Shown: positions 9,328-20,481, counted from the first letter of the stretch. The stretch: 59,322 nt of DNA from an uncultured Nitrospinota bacterium (GCA_905612265.1 CAJQRI010000015.1:1-59322), one strand, 5' to 3'. Notes: generated by a model from the letters alone, not told the origin. Made by a program: numbers and translations.

Positions 9328-10356
9328 CTAAAGCTCAACTTCTGTATCTATTTCTTTTTTCTTCTGGGCTTGAAGGATTTGTTTGAGGTCATCCTCCTCG
9401 ACTTTCATTCCCAAGTGAAGTCCCATATCCTCTAAAATTTCCTTAATTTCATTCAGCGATTTTCGGCCAAAATTTCTAGTCTTGAGCATCTCACCATCGG
9501 TTTTTTGAACCAACTCTGCGATAGTCTGGATATTGGCATTTTTGAGACAATTGTATGAACGCACCGATAGCTCGAGCTCTTCCACACACTTGGCCATATT
9601 TGTCAGTACCTTTTGTTTTTTCTCATCAATCTGAGGCTGTACAGGTTCTGGCTCTTCATCAAAGTTAATAAAGATCTGCATATGATCCTTAACAATTTTG
9701 GCTGCATGAGCTACCGCATCTTCAGGTGTGATACCTCCATTGGTCCACAATTCCATAACCAGAGAGTCATAATCCGTCGATTGCCCAACACGAGTATTTT
9801 CGATATTGTATGTGATTTTTTCAACCGGGGAAAAATTTGAGTCCACAGGAATCATCTGCACAGACTCATTTTCAATTTTGTGTCGATCAGCCGGAACATA
9901 GCCCCGGCCTTTTCTGACAATCATTTCAATTTCGACTTCAGCACTCTGGTCAATAGTCAAAATAGGAAGATCTGGGTTTAGCACTTCTATGTCCGGGTCT
10001 GCTGTAATGTTTTTAGCGTAAATTACGCCTGCATTCGAAGCTTTGATATAAACTCGTTTATAGTCTGCTTCTCCTGTCAACTTAAGATTAACTTGTTTTA
10101 GATTTAGGATGATTTCCGTAACGTCTTCAACCACTCCTGGAATGGAAGAAAACTCATGGAAAACACCTTCAAATCTTACGGCCACAATGGCAGCACCCTC
10201 GATGGATGACAACAACATCCTTCTTAAAGAGTTACCAATGGTTACTCCATAGCCGCGTTCGAATGGACCCGCGCTGAGTTTACCGTAGTATTCCGATTTA
10301 TTTTTCTTATCAAATTCTAATCGCTTAGGTTTAACGATTCCTTGGGCTGTGAACAT
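9328..10356 (-). CDS. rpoA: DNA-directed RNA polymerase subunit alpha
   Basis: 342 aa with GYGVTIGNSLRRMLLSSIEGAA and the C-terminal-domain motif LELSVRSYNCLKNANIQTIAELV. Confidence 0.98.
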   Translation of the reverse strand: MFTAQGIVKPKRLEFDKKNKSEYYGKLSAGPFERGYGVTIGNSLRRMLLSSIEGAAIVAVRFEGVFHEFSSIPGVVEDVTEIILNLKQVNLKLTGEADYKRVYIKASNAGVIYAKNITADPDIEVLNPDLPILTIDQSAEVEIEMIVRKGRGYVPADRHKIENESVQMIPVDSNFSPVEKITYNIENTRVGQSTDYDSLVMELWTNGGITPEDAVAHAAKIVKDHMQIFINFDEEPEPVQPQIDEKKQKVLTNMAKCVEELELSVRSYNCLKNANIQTIAELVQKTDGEMLKTRNFGRKSLNEIKEILEDMGLHLGMKVEEDDLKQILQAQKKKEIDTEVEL

Positions 10357-10429
10357 GAAGCCTCCGACCTTCTTGATTAGGGTCTTATCTGTTTTTATTT
10401 AGTTTTTTTGTGACGATCCATGCTTAGTT

Positions 10430-11056
10430 TTATCGTGAGTAGAGTTCCACGATCAGCTGTTCCTCAATTGGCATGGTTACATGCTCTCTTGTGGGCAAAG
10501 CCTGCACAATACCCTGCTTGCTATCTGCATCAAAAGATAACCAATCCGGCAATGTTTTACTTTTAATATTCTCAATCGCATTTTTAACCGGTTCCTTTTT
10601 TACCTTGTTAGGATTCAGAGCTATCGTATCTCCTTGTGCAACAGAATAGGACGGGATGTCCATTTTTTTTCCGTTAACTGTAAAGTGACCATGCCGAACC
10701 AATTGGCGAGCTGTGCTTCTTGACGCAGCCAATCCCATTCTGAATATAACATTGTCCATCCTCAACTCTAATTTCTGCAGAAGATTTTCACCGGTGATGC
10801 CTTTTTTCCTATCTGCAGCAAAAAAGTAATTACGGAATTGCTTTTCTAGTACACCATAAATTCGCTTAACTTTTTGCTTTTCACGAAGCTGCACCCCATA
10901 TTCTGAGAATTTTTTCCTGCCCTGACCATGTTGGCCTGGCGGGTATGCTCTTTTTTCTATTGCGCATTTTGACGTCTCGCAACGGGAACCTTTTAAATAC
11001 AATTTTATACCTTCTCGCCGACAAAGTCGGCAAACAGAACCTGTGTACCTGGCCAA
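10430..11056 (-). CDS. rpsD: 30S ribosomal protein S4 (Cys4 form)
   Basis: The ORF-track start at 11116 would overlap rpsK by 31 nt. A TTG at 11056 gives the canonical (M)[16 protein letters not shown]-terminus and is preceded by AGGAG 9 nt upstream. The Zn ligands CRLC...CETSKC are present. Confidence 0.9.
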   Translation of the reverse strand: MARYTGSVCRLCRREGIKLYLKGSRCETSKCAIEKRAYPPGQHGQGRKKFSEYGVQLREKQKVKRIYGVLEKQFRNYFFAADRKKGITGENLLQKLELRMDNVIFRMGLAASRSTARQLVRHGHFTVNGKKMDIPSYSVAQGDTIALNPNKVKKEPVKNAIENIKSKTLPDWLSFDADSKQGIVQALPTREHVTMPIEEQLIVELYSR

Positions 11057-11085
11057 ATCCAGTTTCTCCTTTCGTTTTTTCGCAA

Positions 11086-11475
11086 TTAAACTCTGCGACG
11101 TTTTCTCGGACGGCATCCATTGTGCGGAATAGGAGTCTTGTCACGAATAACAAGAACCTCCATTCCAGCGGCCTGCAAAGATCGTATTGCGGACTCTCGT
11201 CCCGACCCAGGGCCTTTAACATGGACTTCCAGTTTTTTCATTCCCATATCTCGCGCTTTAATAGCAGCCTTATCTGCTGCTACCTGCGCAGCAAAAGGGG
11301 TGCTTTTTCTTGAGCCCTTGAAGCCTTGTGCTCCAGCACTAGACCAAGACACAACATTCCCAGACATATCGGAAATGGTAACTATAGTATTATTGAACGT
11401 TGCCTGAATATGAGCTACTCCTACCTCAGGCGCCGTTTTTTGCTTTTTTTTACCAATTTTTTCTTTCTTATCCAT
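11086..11475 (-). CDS. rpsK: 30S ribosomal protein S11
   Basis: 129 aa: [18 protein letters not shown]...[11 protein letters not shown]...[20 protein letters not shown]. Confidence 0.98.
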   Translation of the reverse strand: MDKKEKIGKKKQKTAPEVGVAHIQATFNNTIVTISDMSGNVVSWSSAGAQGFKGSRKSTPFAAQVAADKAAIKARDMGMKKLEVHVKGPGSGRESAIRSLQAAGMEVLVIRDKTPIPHNGCRPRKRRRV

Positions 11476-11487
11476 TAATTTCCATCC

Positions 11488-11859
11488 TTATTTTTTTGCT
11501 CTTGCTCCCACAGTTTTCTTGGGACCTTTTCGTGTTCTAGCATTGGTATGTGTCCTTTGTCCCCGGACCGGTAAACCCTTACGATGGCGAAGCCCTCTGT
11601 AGGAACTGATATCCATCAACCGCTTAATATTCATGCTTACAGTACGCCTCAAGTCACCTTCCACTTCATGTTCTTTTTCAATAACACTACGGATCCTGGT
11701 AACCTCTTCCTCGGTCAGATCTTTCATTCTGACTTCTTCCCCAACCTGCGCTTCTTTCAGGATGCTACGGGAAGTGGTTGGGCCAACTCCATATATGTAA
11801 GTCAAAGCTATTATTGCCTGCTTATCCTTGGGAATGTCTACACCCGATATTCTTGCCAC
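11488..11859 (-). CDS. rpsM: 30S ribosomal protein S13
   Basis: 123 aa: [26 protein letters not shown]...[25 protein letters not shown]. Confidence 0.98.
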   Translation of the reverse strand: MARISGVDIPKDKQAIIALTYIYGVGPTTSRSILKEAQVGEEVRMKDLTEEEVTRIRSVIEKEHEVEGDLRRTVSMNIKRLMDISSYRGLRHRKGLPVRGQRTHTNARTRKGPKKTVGARAKK

Positions 11860-11877
11860 TGCTTCTCCTTTTGGAAG

Positions 11878-11991
11878 TTAACCCTGTCGTTGCTTATGTT
11901 TCGGGTTCTCACAAATAACCCGCACAACACCTCGACGGCGAATTACTTTGCATTTCATACAAATTGGCTTGACCGATGCCCTAACTTTCAT
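11878..11991 (-). CDS. rpmJ: 50S ribosomal protein L36 (zinc form)
   Basis: Not in the ORF track because it is under 60 aa. My minus-strand translation gives [37 protein letters not shown] followed by a stop. It sits in the canonical slot between infA and rpsM. Confidence 0.95.
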   Translation of the reverse strand: MKVRASVKPICMKCKVIRRRGVVRVICENPKHKQRQG

Positions 11992-12005
11992 GGTTCTATC
12001 CTCTT

Positions 12006-12224
12006 TTATTTATACCGATATGTGATCCGTCCCCGGGTCAAATCATAAGGAGAAAGTTGAACTTTCACCTTATCGCCGGACAGGATACGGATAAAATGCA
12101 TACGCATTTTCCCGGATATATGGGCCAACACCTTATGACCGTTGTCCAGCTCCACCCGAAACATTGCGTTAGGCAATGGTTCCAGTATGGTGCCTTCTAC
12201 TTCTATAGACTCTTCTTTAGACAT
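12006..12224 (-). CDS. infA: Translation initiation factor IF-1
   Basis: 72 aa: [47 protein letters not shown]. Confidence 0.98.
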   Translation of the reverse strand: MSKEESIEVEGTILEPLPNAMFRVELDNGHKVLAHISGKMRMHFIRILSGDKVKVQLSPYDLTRGRITYRYK

Positions 12225-12227
12225 CCG

Positions 12228-12872
12228 TCACTTCACCATTTCTAAAACGCGGGAAAAAATTTCTTCTACAGACCCTCTTGCTGTTACTGCTTTCAGATTT
12301 CCCTGTTTCTCGTAAAACTGCTTTAAAGGGGCAGTTGACTCTTGATAAACTTCCAACCGCTTTAAAATTGTTTCTACATTATCATCTTGCCTCTGGGCTA
12401 ATACACCACCGCAACTGTCACAAAACCCCGAAACTTTTGGGGGACATGTTACCTCATGATACATGCCACCACAATCTGAGCAGGTACTACGCCCGGCCAA
12501 CCGGCTGATCACCTCTTTGGCATTGACCTCTAGATCCAACACCTTGTCAATCTTTAAGCCCATTTCGGTCATTGTTTCCGAAAGTTTTTCTGCCTGGACT
12601 ATGGTTCTAGGAAACCCATCCAAAATAAAACCTGTTTTGCAATCGACTTGCTTTATACGTTTCTTTATCAAACCGATCACAACATCATCCGGAACCAATT
12701 GACCCAAGTTCATAAATGAACTGGCCTTAATTCCTAGATCATTATTATCCTTTACCGATTGCCTTAAAATATCACCTGTGGATATCTGTGGGATATTAAA
12801 TTTTTCTTTTAGCATTTTGGCCTGGGTGCCTTTTCCGGCTCCTGGCGGGCCTAAAAGAATCAATCTCATCAA
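12228..12872 (-). CDS. adk: Adenylate kinase (Cys4 zinc lid)
   Basis: 214 aa with the P-loop LLGPPGAGKGTQA and a lid carrying CSDC...CDSC. It abuts the secY stop with no spacer. Confidence 0.97.
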   Translation of the reverse strand: MMRLILLGPPGAGKGTQAKMLKEKFNIPQISTGDILRQSVKDNNDLGIKASSFMNLGQLVPDDVVIGLIKKRIKQVDCKTGFILDGFPRTIVQAEKLSETMTEMGLKIDKVLDLEVNAKEVISRLAGRSTCSDCGGMYHEVTCPPKVSGFCDSCGGVLAQRQDDNVETILKRLEVYQESTAPLKQFYEKQGNLKAVTARGSVEEIFSRVLEMVK

Positions 12873-14174
12873 TCAGCCTCTTCGGCTTTTTAATCGCCCC
12901 TTTTTAACAAATCCGTCGTAATTTCTCATCACCAAGTGGGACTCAATCTGCTGCATGGTATCTAACGATACACCAACAACAATTAACAGGCTCGTTCCAC
13001 CAAAATAAAATGGGATATTAAAGTATTTTATCAAATAATCCGGCAAAATACATATTAAAGAGAGATACATTGCCCCATAAAAAGTGATTTTTGAAAGAAT
13101 GGTGTCGATATACTCAGAAGTCTTATGCCCCGGCCTGATTCCAGGTACATATCCGCCATGCTTTTTCATATTATCTGCCACATCAACCGGATTGAAAATT
13201 ACTGCCGTGTAGAAATAACAAAAGAAGAATACTGCGCCCACAAAAATTAGACTGTAAACAATGGTTCCTGGAGTTAACATGGCCGAAACCGATTGCATCC
13301 ACGGATGACTTATAAATTGAGCTATCGTTGCTGGGAACATGATGATAGACGAGGCAAAAATTGGGGGAATTACCCCTGAAGTATTGACCTTCAAAGGCAA
13401 GTGCGTCGACTGACCACCCATCATTTTTCGACCGACCACCCTCTTGGCATATTGAATCGGTATCCTGCGCTGCCCACCTTCGGTAAACACGATAACCCCA
13501 ACCACCACGATCATCAACACTAGAAGGAACAACATTACGAGAACCGACATTTCGCCAGTTCCCATTAAATCCATTGATTGAAAAATTGCCGCTGGAGTTC
13601 CAGCAACAATTCCAGAAAAAATTATCAGGGAAATCCCATTACCAATCCCACGCTCTGTAATCTGTTCACCCAGCCACATTAAAAAACAAGTGCCAGCTGT
13701 TAGAGTCAAAACCGTCATCATTCGGAACGACCAGCCTGGCTCCGGTACAATGAGGCCTCCACTCGGGCTTTTCATTGCTTCTAGTCCTACAGCAATTCCA
13801 GAACCCTGGATCGTACTCAATACCACCGTTCCATACCGGGTGTATTGAGTGATTTTCTTCTGCCCTTGTTCCCCTTCCTTTTTCAACCTAGCCAGATAAG
13901 GAGAAACAATTGTCATCAACTGTATGATTATCGATGAACTGATGTAGGGCATTATGCCCAAGGCAAATATTGTCAAACGACTCAATGCACCGCCGGAGAA
14001 CATGTCGAAAAACCCCAAGATGGTACCTTGGGCTCGAGCAAATAATTCTGCCAATGCTATCGAATTTATCCCTGGAGTTGGTATATGGGCACCAATCCGA
14101 TAAACAACCAAAAGCGCAAGTGTAAAAAGTATCCTTTTTTTCAGCTCGGGTATTCGAAACATGTTGCCAATCAT
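12873..14174 (-). CDS. secY: Preprotein translocase subunit SecY
   Basis: 433 aa polytopic membrane protein in the canonical position between rplO and adk, with LGIMPYISSSIIIQL and GTSLLIVVGV motifs. Confidence 0.98.
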   Translation of the reverse strand: MIGNMFRIPELKKRILFTLALLVVYRIGAHIPTPGINSIALAELFARAQGTILGFFDMFSGGALSRLTIFALGIMPYISSSIIIQLMTIVSPYLARLKKEGEQGQKKITQYTRYGTVVLSTIQGSGIAVGLEAMKSPSGGLIVPEPGWSFRMMTVLTLTAGTCFLMWLGEQITERGIGNGISLIIFSGIVAGTPAAIFQSMDLMGTGEMSVLVMLFLLVLMIVVVGVIVFTEGGQRRIPIQYAKRVVGRKMMGGQSTHLPLKVNTSGVIPPIFASSIIMFPATIAQFISHPWMQSVSAMLTPGTIVYSLIFVGAVFFFCYFYTAVIFNPVDVADNMKKHGGYVPGIRPGHKTSEYIDTILSKITFYGAMYLSLICILPDYLIKYFNIPFYFGGTSLLIVVGVSLDTMQQIESHLVMRNYDGFVKKGRLKSRRG

Positions 14175-14609
14175 CTAGAGTCCAACAACCTTTCCCCCGG
14201 ACTTTTCAATTTTAGCCTGAGCAGTTCCGCTGAATTTATGTGCATGAACATTTAGCGATTCTGTCAGTTCACCGCAACCTAGAATTTTAACTAATCCGGT
14301 TTTTTTAATTAGCCCCTTTTCCTTCATCACTTCTGGGGTAATCGGATCAATCCCAACACAACGAGACAAATCGCTGACATTCACTATTTCAAATTGTTTC
14401 TTAAATATGTTAGTGAACCCACGCTTAGGCAACCTTCGATAGATAGGCATCTGTCCACCCTCAAACCACGGATGAGGACTTCCTCCTGACCGACATTTCT
14501 GGCCTTTTTGACCCTTTCCGGAAGTTTTTCCGGTTCCTGAGCCAGGTCCACGACCGATTCGTTTTCTATTCTTCCTATCCGGTCCCTTCAAATTAGATAA
14601 TCGCAGCAT
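14175..14609 (-). CDS. rplO: 50S ribosomal protein L15
   Basis: 144 aa: [35 protein letters not shown]... Confidence 0.97.
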   Translation of the reverse strand: MLRLSNLKGPDRKNRKRIGRGPGSGTGKTSGKGQKGQKCRSGGSPHPWFEGGQMPIYRRLPKRGFTNIFKKQFEIVNVSDLSRCVGIDPITPEVMKEKGLIKKTGLVKILGCGELTESLNVHAHKFSGTAQAKIEKSGGKVVGL

Positions 14610-14638
14610 TGCTTAATCCTTGGTAAAATTTGGGCCCA

Positions 14639-15124
14639 TTATTTATCGCGCATGTGAGCATATTCTTTTTTGCTCCGCAAACCGGTTAATCCCTCGATGG
14701 TCGCTTTGACCACATTATGCGGGTTATTTGTTCGCAGACATTTAGTCAGAATATCACGAATACCCACTGCCTCTAATACTGCTCGAACAGCACCTCCCGC
14801 TATCAGACCAGTACCCCTTGAAGCCGGTTTCATCAACACTCGGCCCGCTCCATAAGACCCAATTACTTCGTGGGGAATGGAAGAACCTTCCAGGCTGACT
14901 GTCACCATGTCTCTTTTAGCTTTTTCTACGCCTTTGCGTATTGCTTCGGGGACTTCGTTGGCCTTACCCAAACCCCAGCCCACTTTGCCACTTCGATTGC
15001 CAACCACTACAAGCGCACTAAAGCTGAAGCGTCGACCTCCTTTTACAACTTTGGCTACACGGTTGATCTTGACAACCTTATCAACAAAATCCGTGGGTTT
15101 TTCCGGCTCCCTTTGTCGCAACAC
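14639..15124 (-). CDS. rpsE: 30S ribosomal protein S5
   Basis: 161 aa: [27 protein letters not shown]...[19 protein letters not shown]. It uses a GTG or TTG start. Only 29 nt separate it from rplO, which leaves no room for rpmD. Confidence 0.96.
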   Translation of the reverse strand: MLRQREPEKPTDFVDKVVKINRVAKVVKGGRRFSFSALVVVGNRSGKVGWGLGKANEVPEAIRKGVEKAKRDMVTVSLEGSSIPHEVIGSYGAGRVLMKPASRGTGLIAGGAVRAVLEAVGIRDILTKCLRTNNPHNVVKATIEGLTGLRSKKEYAHMRDK

Positions 15125-15142
15125 TTCCTCCAGCGTTATGGA

Positions 15143-15508
15143 TTAAAATTTTATTCCTTTTTCCCGAACCGCATCGGCTAAAGCCTTGACGCGTCCGGCA
15201 TATAGAAACCCGTTTCGGTCATAATAGACCTCTTTAATACCCTTTGCTGCCGCTGCCTCTCCAACGAGAGAACCGACCAACGTTGCCGCCTTTAGGTTTC
15301 CCCCGGTTTGCAGTTGCTCTCTAAAGTTTGGTGAAAGCGTTGACACAGCCACAAGTGTCTTACCTTCATTATCATCGACAATTTGAGCGTATATATGTTT
15401 GGTGCTGCGGAATACAGTCAACCGGAGTCGACTCGTTTGTTTTTGTATTTTAAGCTTAATCCGTTTTTTTCTTTGTAACCGCAATCGTTCACGTTCTGAT
15501 GTTTTCAT
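15143..15508 (-). CDS. rplR: 50S ribosomal protein L18
   Basis: 121 aa: [18 protein letters not shown]...[28 protein letters not shown]. Confidence 0.97.
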   Translation of the reverse strand: MKTSERERLRLQRKKRIKLKIQKQTSRLRLTVFRSTKHIYAQIVDDNEGKTLVAVSTLSPNFREQLQTGGNLKAATLVGSLVGEAAAAKGIKEVYYDRNGFLYAGRVKALADAVREKGIKF

Positions 15509-15511
15509 TTT

Positions 15512-16060
15512 TTATCCTTTACCTGCCGCCGCTTTACCGGCTTTTCTGCGTATTCTTTCCGTAGAGTACATGACTCCTTTTCCCTTATAAGGTTCCGGCG
15601 GACGAAAACTGCGAATCTCTGCCGCAGTTTGGCCAACACTTTCCTTATTGGCTCCCTTCACAACTATTGTATTTTTTTTAGGGTCCACGTCAAACTCTAC
15701 CCCATCAGGAGCCGGATAATTAATTGAATGCGAATGCCCAAGGTTTAACACTAAGTTTTTACCCTTTAATTCTACTTTATAACCGACCCCGACTATATTG
15801 AGTTGCTTAGAATAACCATCCGTAACACCCACCACCATATTATGGATCAGAGTACGCGTTAACCCATGCAAAGAACGATCCAGCCTTCCATCGGAAGGAC
15901 GAGTTACCGTCACCACATTATCCTGAAACTCAATCTTCATATTGGGGTGCAAATTTCGTTGCAACTGCCCCTTAGGTCCTTTTACTGCCACATTTAACCC
16001 GTTGACTTTTAAATCCACCCCGGAGGGTACATTGATCGGTTTTTTTCCAATTCGAGACAT
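15512..16060 (-). CDS. rplF: 50S ribosomal protein L6
   Basis: The ORF-track start at 16117 is a TTG and adds 19 non-conserved residues. The ATG at 16060 gives the canonical MSRIGKKPINVP N-terminus. Confidence 0.9.
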   Translation of the reverse strand: MSRIGKKPINVPSGVDLKVNGLNVAVKGPKGQLQRNLHPNMKIEFQDNVVTVTRPSDGRLDRSLHGLTRTLIHNMVVGVTDGYSKQLNIVGVGYKVELKGKNLVLNLGHSHSINYPAPDGVEFDVDPKKNTIVVKGANKESVGQTAAEIRSFRPPEPYKGKGVMYSTERIRRKAGKAAAGKG

Positions 16061-16170
16061 GTTAACGCTTCTTATAAATTCAGGTTTTACCGACCCAGCC
16101 TCTTTAGCTGAGTTCAAAATCTTGAGATCGGTTTTAAATAACTATTGTTTCCGCAAAGGATGTACAGGGT

Positions 16171-16563
16171 TTACCAGACATGACCCAGCACTTCTCCACC
16201 AACTCCTTTTTCCCTACATTCAATATCGGTCATCACCCCAGAAGAGGTAGACAAGATAGCTAGTCCCAGCCCATTAAGAACCCTGGGAATTTCATCTCGC
16301 TTAACATAGCTTCTTCGTCCAGGCTTACTGACCCGCTTGATTCCACGAATTGCCGGCTGCTCATCCTTATACTTCAAATACACCCGGATAATCCCCTGCA
16401 AGTTATCCTCATATATTCGAAAACTTTTTATATAACCCTCGTCCTTCAAAATTTCCACGATACGAGCTTTCATTTTTGAGCCGGGGACATCAACCCTCGG
16501 GTGCCTGACCATTAGCCCGTTTCTAATACGGGTAAAAAGATCAGCGATGGGATCGGTCATCAT
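16171..16563 (-). CDS. rpsH: 30S ribosomal protein S8
   Basis: 130 aa: [16 protein letters not shown]...[14 protein letters not shown]...GGEVLGHVW. Confidence 0.98.
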   Translation of the reverse strand: MMTDPIADLFTRIRNGLMVRHPRVDVPGSKMKARIVEILKDEGYIKSFRIYEDNLQGIIRVYLKYKDEQPAIRGIKRVSKPGRRSYVKRDEIPRVLNGLGLAILSTSSGVMTDIECREKGVGGEVLGHVW

Positions 16564-16601
16564 AGTGAAACTATACTCCCAAAAAAAATAATTTTATTAA
16601 A

Positions 16602-16787
16602 CTACCAACTTGCCTTGGTGACTCCTGGGATTTCACCGCGTAAGGCTCTTTCCCTGAAACAAATCCGACACATGCCGAATTTACGCAGAAATGCCCTCGG
16701 TCTTCCACAAATATTACACCGGTTGTATTGGCGTACTTTAAATTTTTGTTCCCGCTTCGCCTTGGCGACTAGTGATTTCTTTGCCAT
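16602..16787 (-). CDS. rpsN: 30S ribosomal protein S14 type Z (zinc-binding, 61 aa)
   Basis: This is the short 61-aa form with [23 protein letters not shown] (CxxC...CxxC). Confidence 0.97.
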   Translation of the reverse strand: MAKKSLVAKAKREQKFKVRQYNRCNICGRPRAFLRKFGMCRICFRERALRGEIPGVTKASW

Positions 16788-16793
16788 AGTCCT

Positions 16794-17333
16794 TTACTTT
16801 CTAATCGGTAGCCCCATATGGGTCAACAAACACCGGCCCTGCTCATCATTTTGAGCTGTCGTGGTGATCGTTATATTCATTCCTTTAATCTTCTCAATTT
16901 TATCAAAGTCGATTTCCGGGAAGATCAATTGCTCCTTAATTCCAATCGTGTAGTTGCCTCTTCCATCAAATGCTTTGGGGGGTAACCCTTTAAAGTCCCT
17001 AACTCGAGGCAGCGCAAATGATACCAAACGCTCATAAAAATCATACATCCTCTTTCCTCGCATTGTTACCTTAACGCCGATCGGAACCCCTTCCCGTAAC
17101 TTAAAATTGGAAATGGATTTTTTTGCCTTAGTGACAATAGGCTGTTGCCCGGTGATTACACGCAACTGGTCTATTCCCGAGTCGATCAACTTAGAATTCT
17201 GCAATGCTTCACCCAGCCCCATATTGACAGTGATTTTTGTCAACCTGGGAACCTGCATCACGTTACCAAGACCCAGCTCCTTTTGGATGACGGCCTGATG
17301 CTTTTCAAAATAGGCTGTTTTAAAATTTGACAT
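16794..17333 (-). CDS. rplE: 50S ribosomal protein L5
   Basis: 179 aa: [15 protein letters not shown]...[23 protein letters not shown]. Confidence 0.98.
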   Translation of the reverse strand: MSNFKTAYFEKHQAVIQKELGLGNVMQVPRLTKITVNMGLGEALQNSKLIDSGIDQLRVITGQQPIVTKAKKSISNFKLREGVPIGVKVTMRGKRMYDFYERLVSFALPRVRDFKGLPPKAFDGRGNYTIGIKEQLIFPEIDFDKIEKIKGMNITITTTAQNDEQGRCLLTHMGLPIRK

Positions 17334-17334
17334 G

Positions 17335-17673
17335 CTATACCTTATCTAGGACATCGCCGGTTTTTACACAAACCCGGACCCGTTTTCCATCTTCAAGTTT
17401 TTTTCGTTTTATTCTCACTCCCTTACCCACCTTATCACTGACCAGTAGAACATTTGAGATATGAATCTTAGCTTCCTTCTCTATAATTCCGGGTTGTCGG
17501 CTTTTACCATCACCCTTTGTATGACGTTTGACCATATTAAGCTTTTCAACCGTCACACGATCTTCTTCTGGAAAAATTGCAAGCAACTTCCCCTTTTTCC
17601 CTTTTTCTTTGCCGGATATCACTTGAACGATATCGTCCTTTTTTAAGTGAAGCTTGTAAGAAGCCTTTTTCAC
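17335..17673 (-). CDS. rplX: 50S ribosomal protein L24
   Basis: 112 aa with the KOW motif LKKDDIVQVISGKEKGKKGKL. Its GTG start overlaps the rplN stop by 1 nt (TAGTG). Confidence 0.95.
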   Translation of the reverse strand: MKKASYKLHLKKDDIVQVISGKEKGKKGKLLAIFPEEDRVTVEKLNMVKRHTKGDGKSRQPGIIEKEAKIHISNVLLVSDKVGKGVRIKRKKLEDGKRVRVCVKTGDVLDKV

Positions 17674-18041
17674 TACAACACCTCCGGAGCAAGCGATAGT
17701 ATTTTCATATAGCGCTTGGCACGCAACTCACGACCCACCGGGCCAAATATTCGGGTTCCTACCGGCTCCTTAGTATCAGTTATCAAAACAGCAGCATTAC
17801 TATCAAATTTGATATAGGTTCCGTTAGAGCGACGCATCTCTTTTCGAGTTCTCACAACAACAGCTTTCTTCACCTCACCCTTCTTGATACTACTTTGGGG
17901 ATCAACCTCTTTAACCGCAACTACAATAATATCTCCAATACGGGCATACCTGCGACGGGAACCTCCCAAGACCTTAATACACTGAACCACTTTGGCCCCA
18001 GAATTATCTGCCACTTCTAATACAGTTCTTAGTTGAATCAT
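17673..18041 (-). CDS. rplN: 50S ribosomal protein L14
   Basis: 122 aa: [44 protein letters not shown]. Confidence 0.98.
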   Translation of the reverse strand: MIQLRTVLEVADNSGAKVVQCIKVLGGSRRRYARIGDIIVVAVKEVDPQSSIKKGEVKKAVVVRTRKEMRRSNGTYIKFDSNAAVLITDTKEPVGTRIFGPVGRELRAKRYMKILSLAPEVL

Positions 18042-18310
18042 GACGCTTTATCTGCCTCCTCACCTTTCTTGATGATTTCCACTAAACGCCAGCGCTTGGT
18101 TTTACTCAATGGCCGGGTTTCGCAAATACTGATGAAATCACCAGGACAGCATTCATTCTTCTCATCGTGGGCGCTATACTTACTAGTACTTTTCACCACC
18201 TTTTTGAACTTAGGATGAGCGAATTTTCTCTCGACCTGAACAACCACGGTTTTATTCATCTTGTTACTCACCACAAAGCCCATCAGGGTTTTTCTAGTCA
18301 TCTTCTCCAA
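18038..18310 (-). CDS. rpsQ: 30S ribosomal protein S17
   Basis: 90 aa: [45 protein letters not shown]. It overlaps rplN by 4 nt (ATGA). Confidence 0.97.
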   Translation of the reverse strand: MEKMTRKTLMGFVVSNKMNKTVVVQVERKFAHPKFKKVVKSTSKYSAHDEKNECCPGDFISICETRPLSKTKRWRLVEIIKKGEEADKAS

Positions 18311-18382
18311 AACCTTTTACTACTCCAGTTTAACGTTCAGAGTTACTGCGAATTCTGAACTTTATTTATTAGAAACTGCTTT

Positions 18383-18601
18383 TTATTCGCCCTGCTTTGC
18401 TGAACTTTCCTCAGGAACACAGGTTTCCTTCTGGATAGTTTTCAACCGAGCAATATCCCTCCTAAGGAACCGAATACGACTAGGGTTCTCTATTTTGCCC
18501 GTGGCCAATTGCAATCGCAGGTTAAAAATTTCCTGATTGATATCGGTTATTTTCTCTTCCCGTTCTTTCACGGAAAGACCTCTGGCTTCTTCAGCTTTCA
18601 T
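18383..18601 (-). CDS. rpmC: 50S ribosomal protein L29
   Basis: 72 aa: LSVKEREEKITDINQEIFNLRLQLATGKIENPSRIRFLRRDIARLKT. Confidence 0.96.
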   Translation of the reverse strand: MKAEEARGLSVKEREEKITDINQEIFNLRLQLATGKIENPSRIRFLRRDIARLKTIQKETCVPEESSAKQGE

Positions 18602-18622
18602 AATATGCTTTTCACTTTTCCA

Positions 18623-19033
18623 TTAAGGCTGTTTAACAACAAACCGGGTAGACACTGATAACTTATGCGCTGCTAGACGAAACGCCTCTTTAGCAACATC
18701 TTCCGTCACACCTTCCATCTCATAAAGCATGCGACCTGGCTTCACAACGGCCACCCAAAATTCCGGGTTTCCTTTACCCTTACCCATTCTTGTTTCCAAC
18801 GGTTTCTTAGAAACAGGTTTGTCAGGAAATATCCGCATCCAAATTTTACCTCCACGCTTGATATGGCGAGTCATTGCAATACGAGCCGCTTCAATCTGTC
18901 GATTGGTGATTCTCCCGCATTCTAAAGCCTGCAGACCATATGTGCCAAAATCAAGCGAACCTCCTCGGTAAGCTGTGCCGCGCATTCTTCCCTTATGGCG
19001 TTTTCTATATTTAACCCTTTTGGGCATCAACAT
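18623..19033 (-). CDS. rplP: 50S ribosomal protein L16
   Basis: 136 aa: [38 protein letters not shown]. Confidence 0.98.
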   Translation of the reverse strand: MLMPKRVKYRKRHKGRMRGTAYRGGSLDFGTYGLQALECGRITNRQIEAARIAMTRHIKRGGKIWMRIFPDKPVSKKPLETRMGKGKGNPEFWVAVVKPGRMLYEMEGVTEDVAKEAFRLAAHKLSVSTRFVVKQP

Positions 19034-19098
19034 GATGCATTATCTCCAATAAACATTTACAGCCCGCCCGCAATACCCGGCAACAAGCTTTACCTATA

Positions 19099-19809
19099 TT
19101 AAGACGAAGTTTTTCCTCTTCCCCTACCTTTACCATCCTTGTCTTTTTCCTCGAAACCTGGAGGTCGCTGTATCCCCTTACTTGGAAGAATATCCCCCTT
19201 GTAAACCCACACCTTCACACCAATAATTCCATAGGTGGTGTTAGAGTTTGCAGTCCCATAATCAATATCCGCCCTTAGAGTATGCAGAGGAACCCGGCCT
19301 TCTCGATACCATTCACTTCGGGCAATTTCTGCTCCACCCAGCCGACCCGATACTCGGATTTTAATACCCTTAGCCCCAAACCTCAGAGCCGAAACCACAC
19401 TCTTTTTCATTGCCCGGCGAAAAGAAACTCTTTTTTCCAATTGAAGAGCAATATTCTGGCCTATCAATACAGCATCCAATTCAGCGCGACGCACCTCTTT
19501 AATATTTAGATTGACTTGCTTTCCACCCATAACCTTTTGCAATTCTATTTTTAGCCTATCAACTTCCATACCTTTTTTCCCGATGATTATACCCGGGCGC
19601 GCCGTATGAATATTGACCCTAACGCGGTTCGCTGAACGCTCAATCTCTACTTTGGAGATTCCCGCGTGGGCAAGCGCCTTGAAGATGTGCTTGCGAAGAG
19701 CAACGTCCTCAAGCAATTGGTCGGAATATCCCTTTCTCGCATACCAGTTAGATATCCAAGTCTTACTAAATCCCAACCTAAACCCGTAAGGGTGAACTTT
19801 TTGACCCAC
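19099..19809 (-). CDS. rpsC: 30S ribosomal protein S3
   Basis: 236 aa with a GTG start: [14 protein letters not shown] domain, [27 protein letters not shown]. It ends in a short Gly/Lys/Arg-rich tail. Confidence 0.98.
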   Translation of the reverse strand: MGQKVHPYGFRLGFSKTWISNWYARKGYSDQLLEDVALRKHIFKALAHAGISKVEIERSANRVRVNIHTARPGIIIGKKGMEVDRLKIELQKVMGGKQVNLNIKEVRRAELDAVLIGQNIALQLEKRVSFRRAMKKSVVSALRFGAKGIKIRVSGRLGGAEIARSEWYREGRVPLHTLRADIDYGTANSNTTYGIIGVKVWVYKGDILPSKGIQRPPGFEEKDKDGKGRGRGKTSS

Positions 19810-19820
19810 GCTTTATCTCC

Positions 19821-20162
19821 TTAAGATTCTTTTTCTTCCAGTATCAAAGTAATATGACTGGTCTTCTTTTGAATCGTCGTTGCACTTCCGCGCGCTCGCG
19901 GCATATTACGCTTCCAAGTCACACCCTCATCGACCATGACGTTTTTAATCACTAGATCTTCCACATCAAGAACCTTATGGTTCTCTTCTGCATTTGCAAT
20001 TGCAGACTTAAGTAACTTTTGAAATTTTTCAGCTACCCGCTTGCGAGTAAAAGACAAAATGTTGATAGCATCGTTCACGTTTTTCCCGCGAATTAAATTA
20101 GCCACCAGCCTCGCTTTCTGCGGTGTTGTTCTCGTATGCCTCAATAAAGCTTTAACTTCCAT
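19821..20162 (-). CDS. rplV: 50S ribosomal protein L22
   Basis: 113 aa: RTTPQKARLVANLIRGKNVNDAINIL...RARGSATTIQKKTSHITLIL. Confidence 0.97.
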   Translation of the reverse strand: MEVKALLRHTRTTPQKARLVANLIRGKNVNDAINILSFTRKRVAEKFQKLLKSAIANAEENHKVLDVEDLVIKNVMVDEGVTWKRNMPRARGSATTIQKKTSHITLILEEKES

Positions 20163-20174
20163 GATTTTCCTATC

Positions 20175-20456
20175 TTATTTGGTCACTGCTTTTTTAGTTT
20201 TACCGCCATGTGTTCTGAATGTGCGCGTGGGTGAAAACTCACCCAGCTTGTGGCCGACCATATTTTCCGACACAAAAACCGGAAAAAACTTTTTACCGTT
20301 ATGCACAGACAAAGTATGCCCAACGAAGTCCGGAGTAATCGTAGACCGACGAGACCATGTCTTAAACATTTTTTTTTCATTCTTCCGGTTCATCTCATCG
20401 ATTTTATCCTGCAAATGCGAATCGACAAACGGACCTTTTTTTAACGATCGTGCCAT
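20175..20456 (-). CDS. rpsS: 30S ribosomal protein S19
   Basis: 93 aa: [15 protein letters not shown]...[25 protein letters not shown]. Confidence 0.98.
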   Translation of the reverse strand: MARSLKKGPFVDSHLQDKIDEMNRKNEKKMFKTWSRRSTITPDFVGHTLSVHNGKKFFPVFVSENMVGHKLGEFSPTRTFRTHGGKTKKAVTK

Positions 20457-20481
20457 TCCAAAACCTCAGTTTACAAACAGT

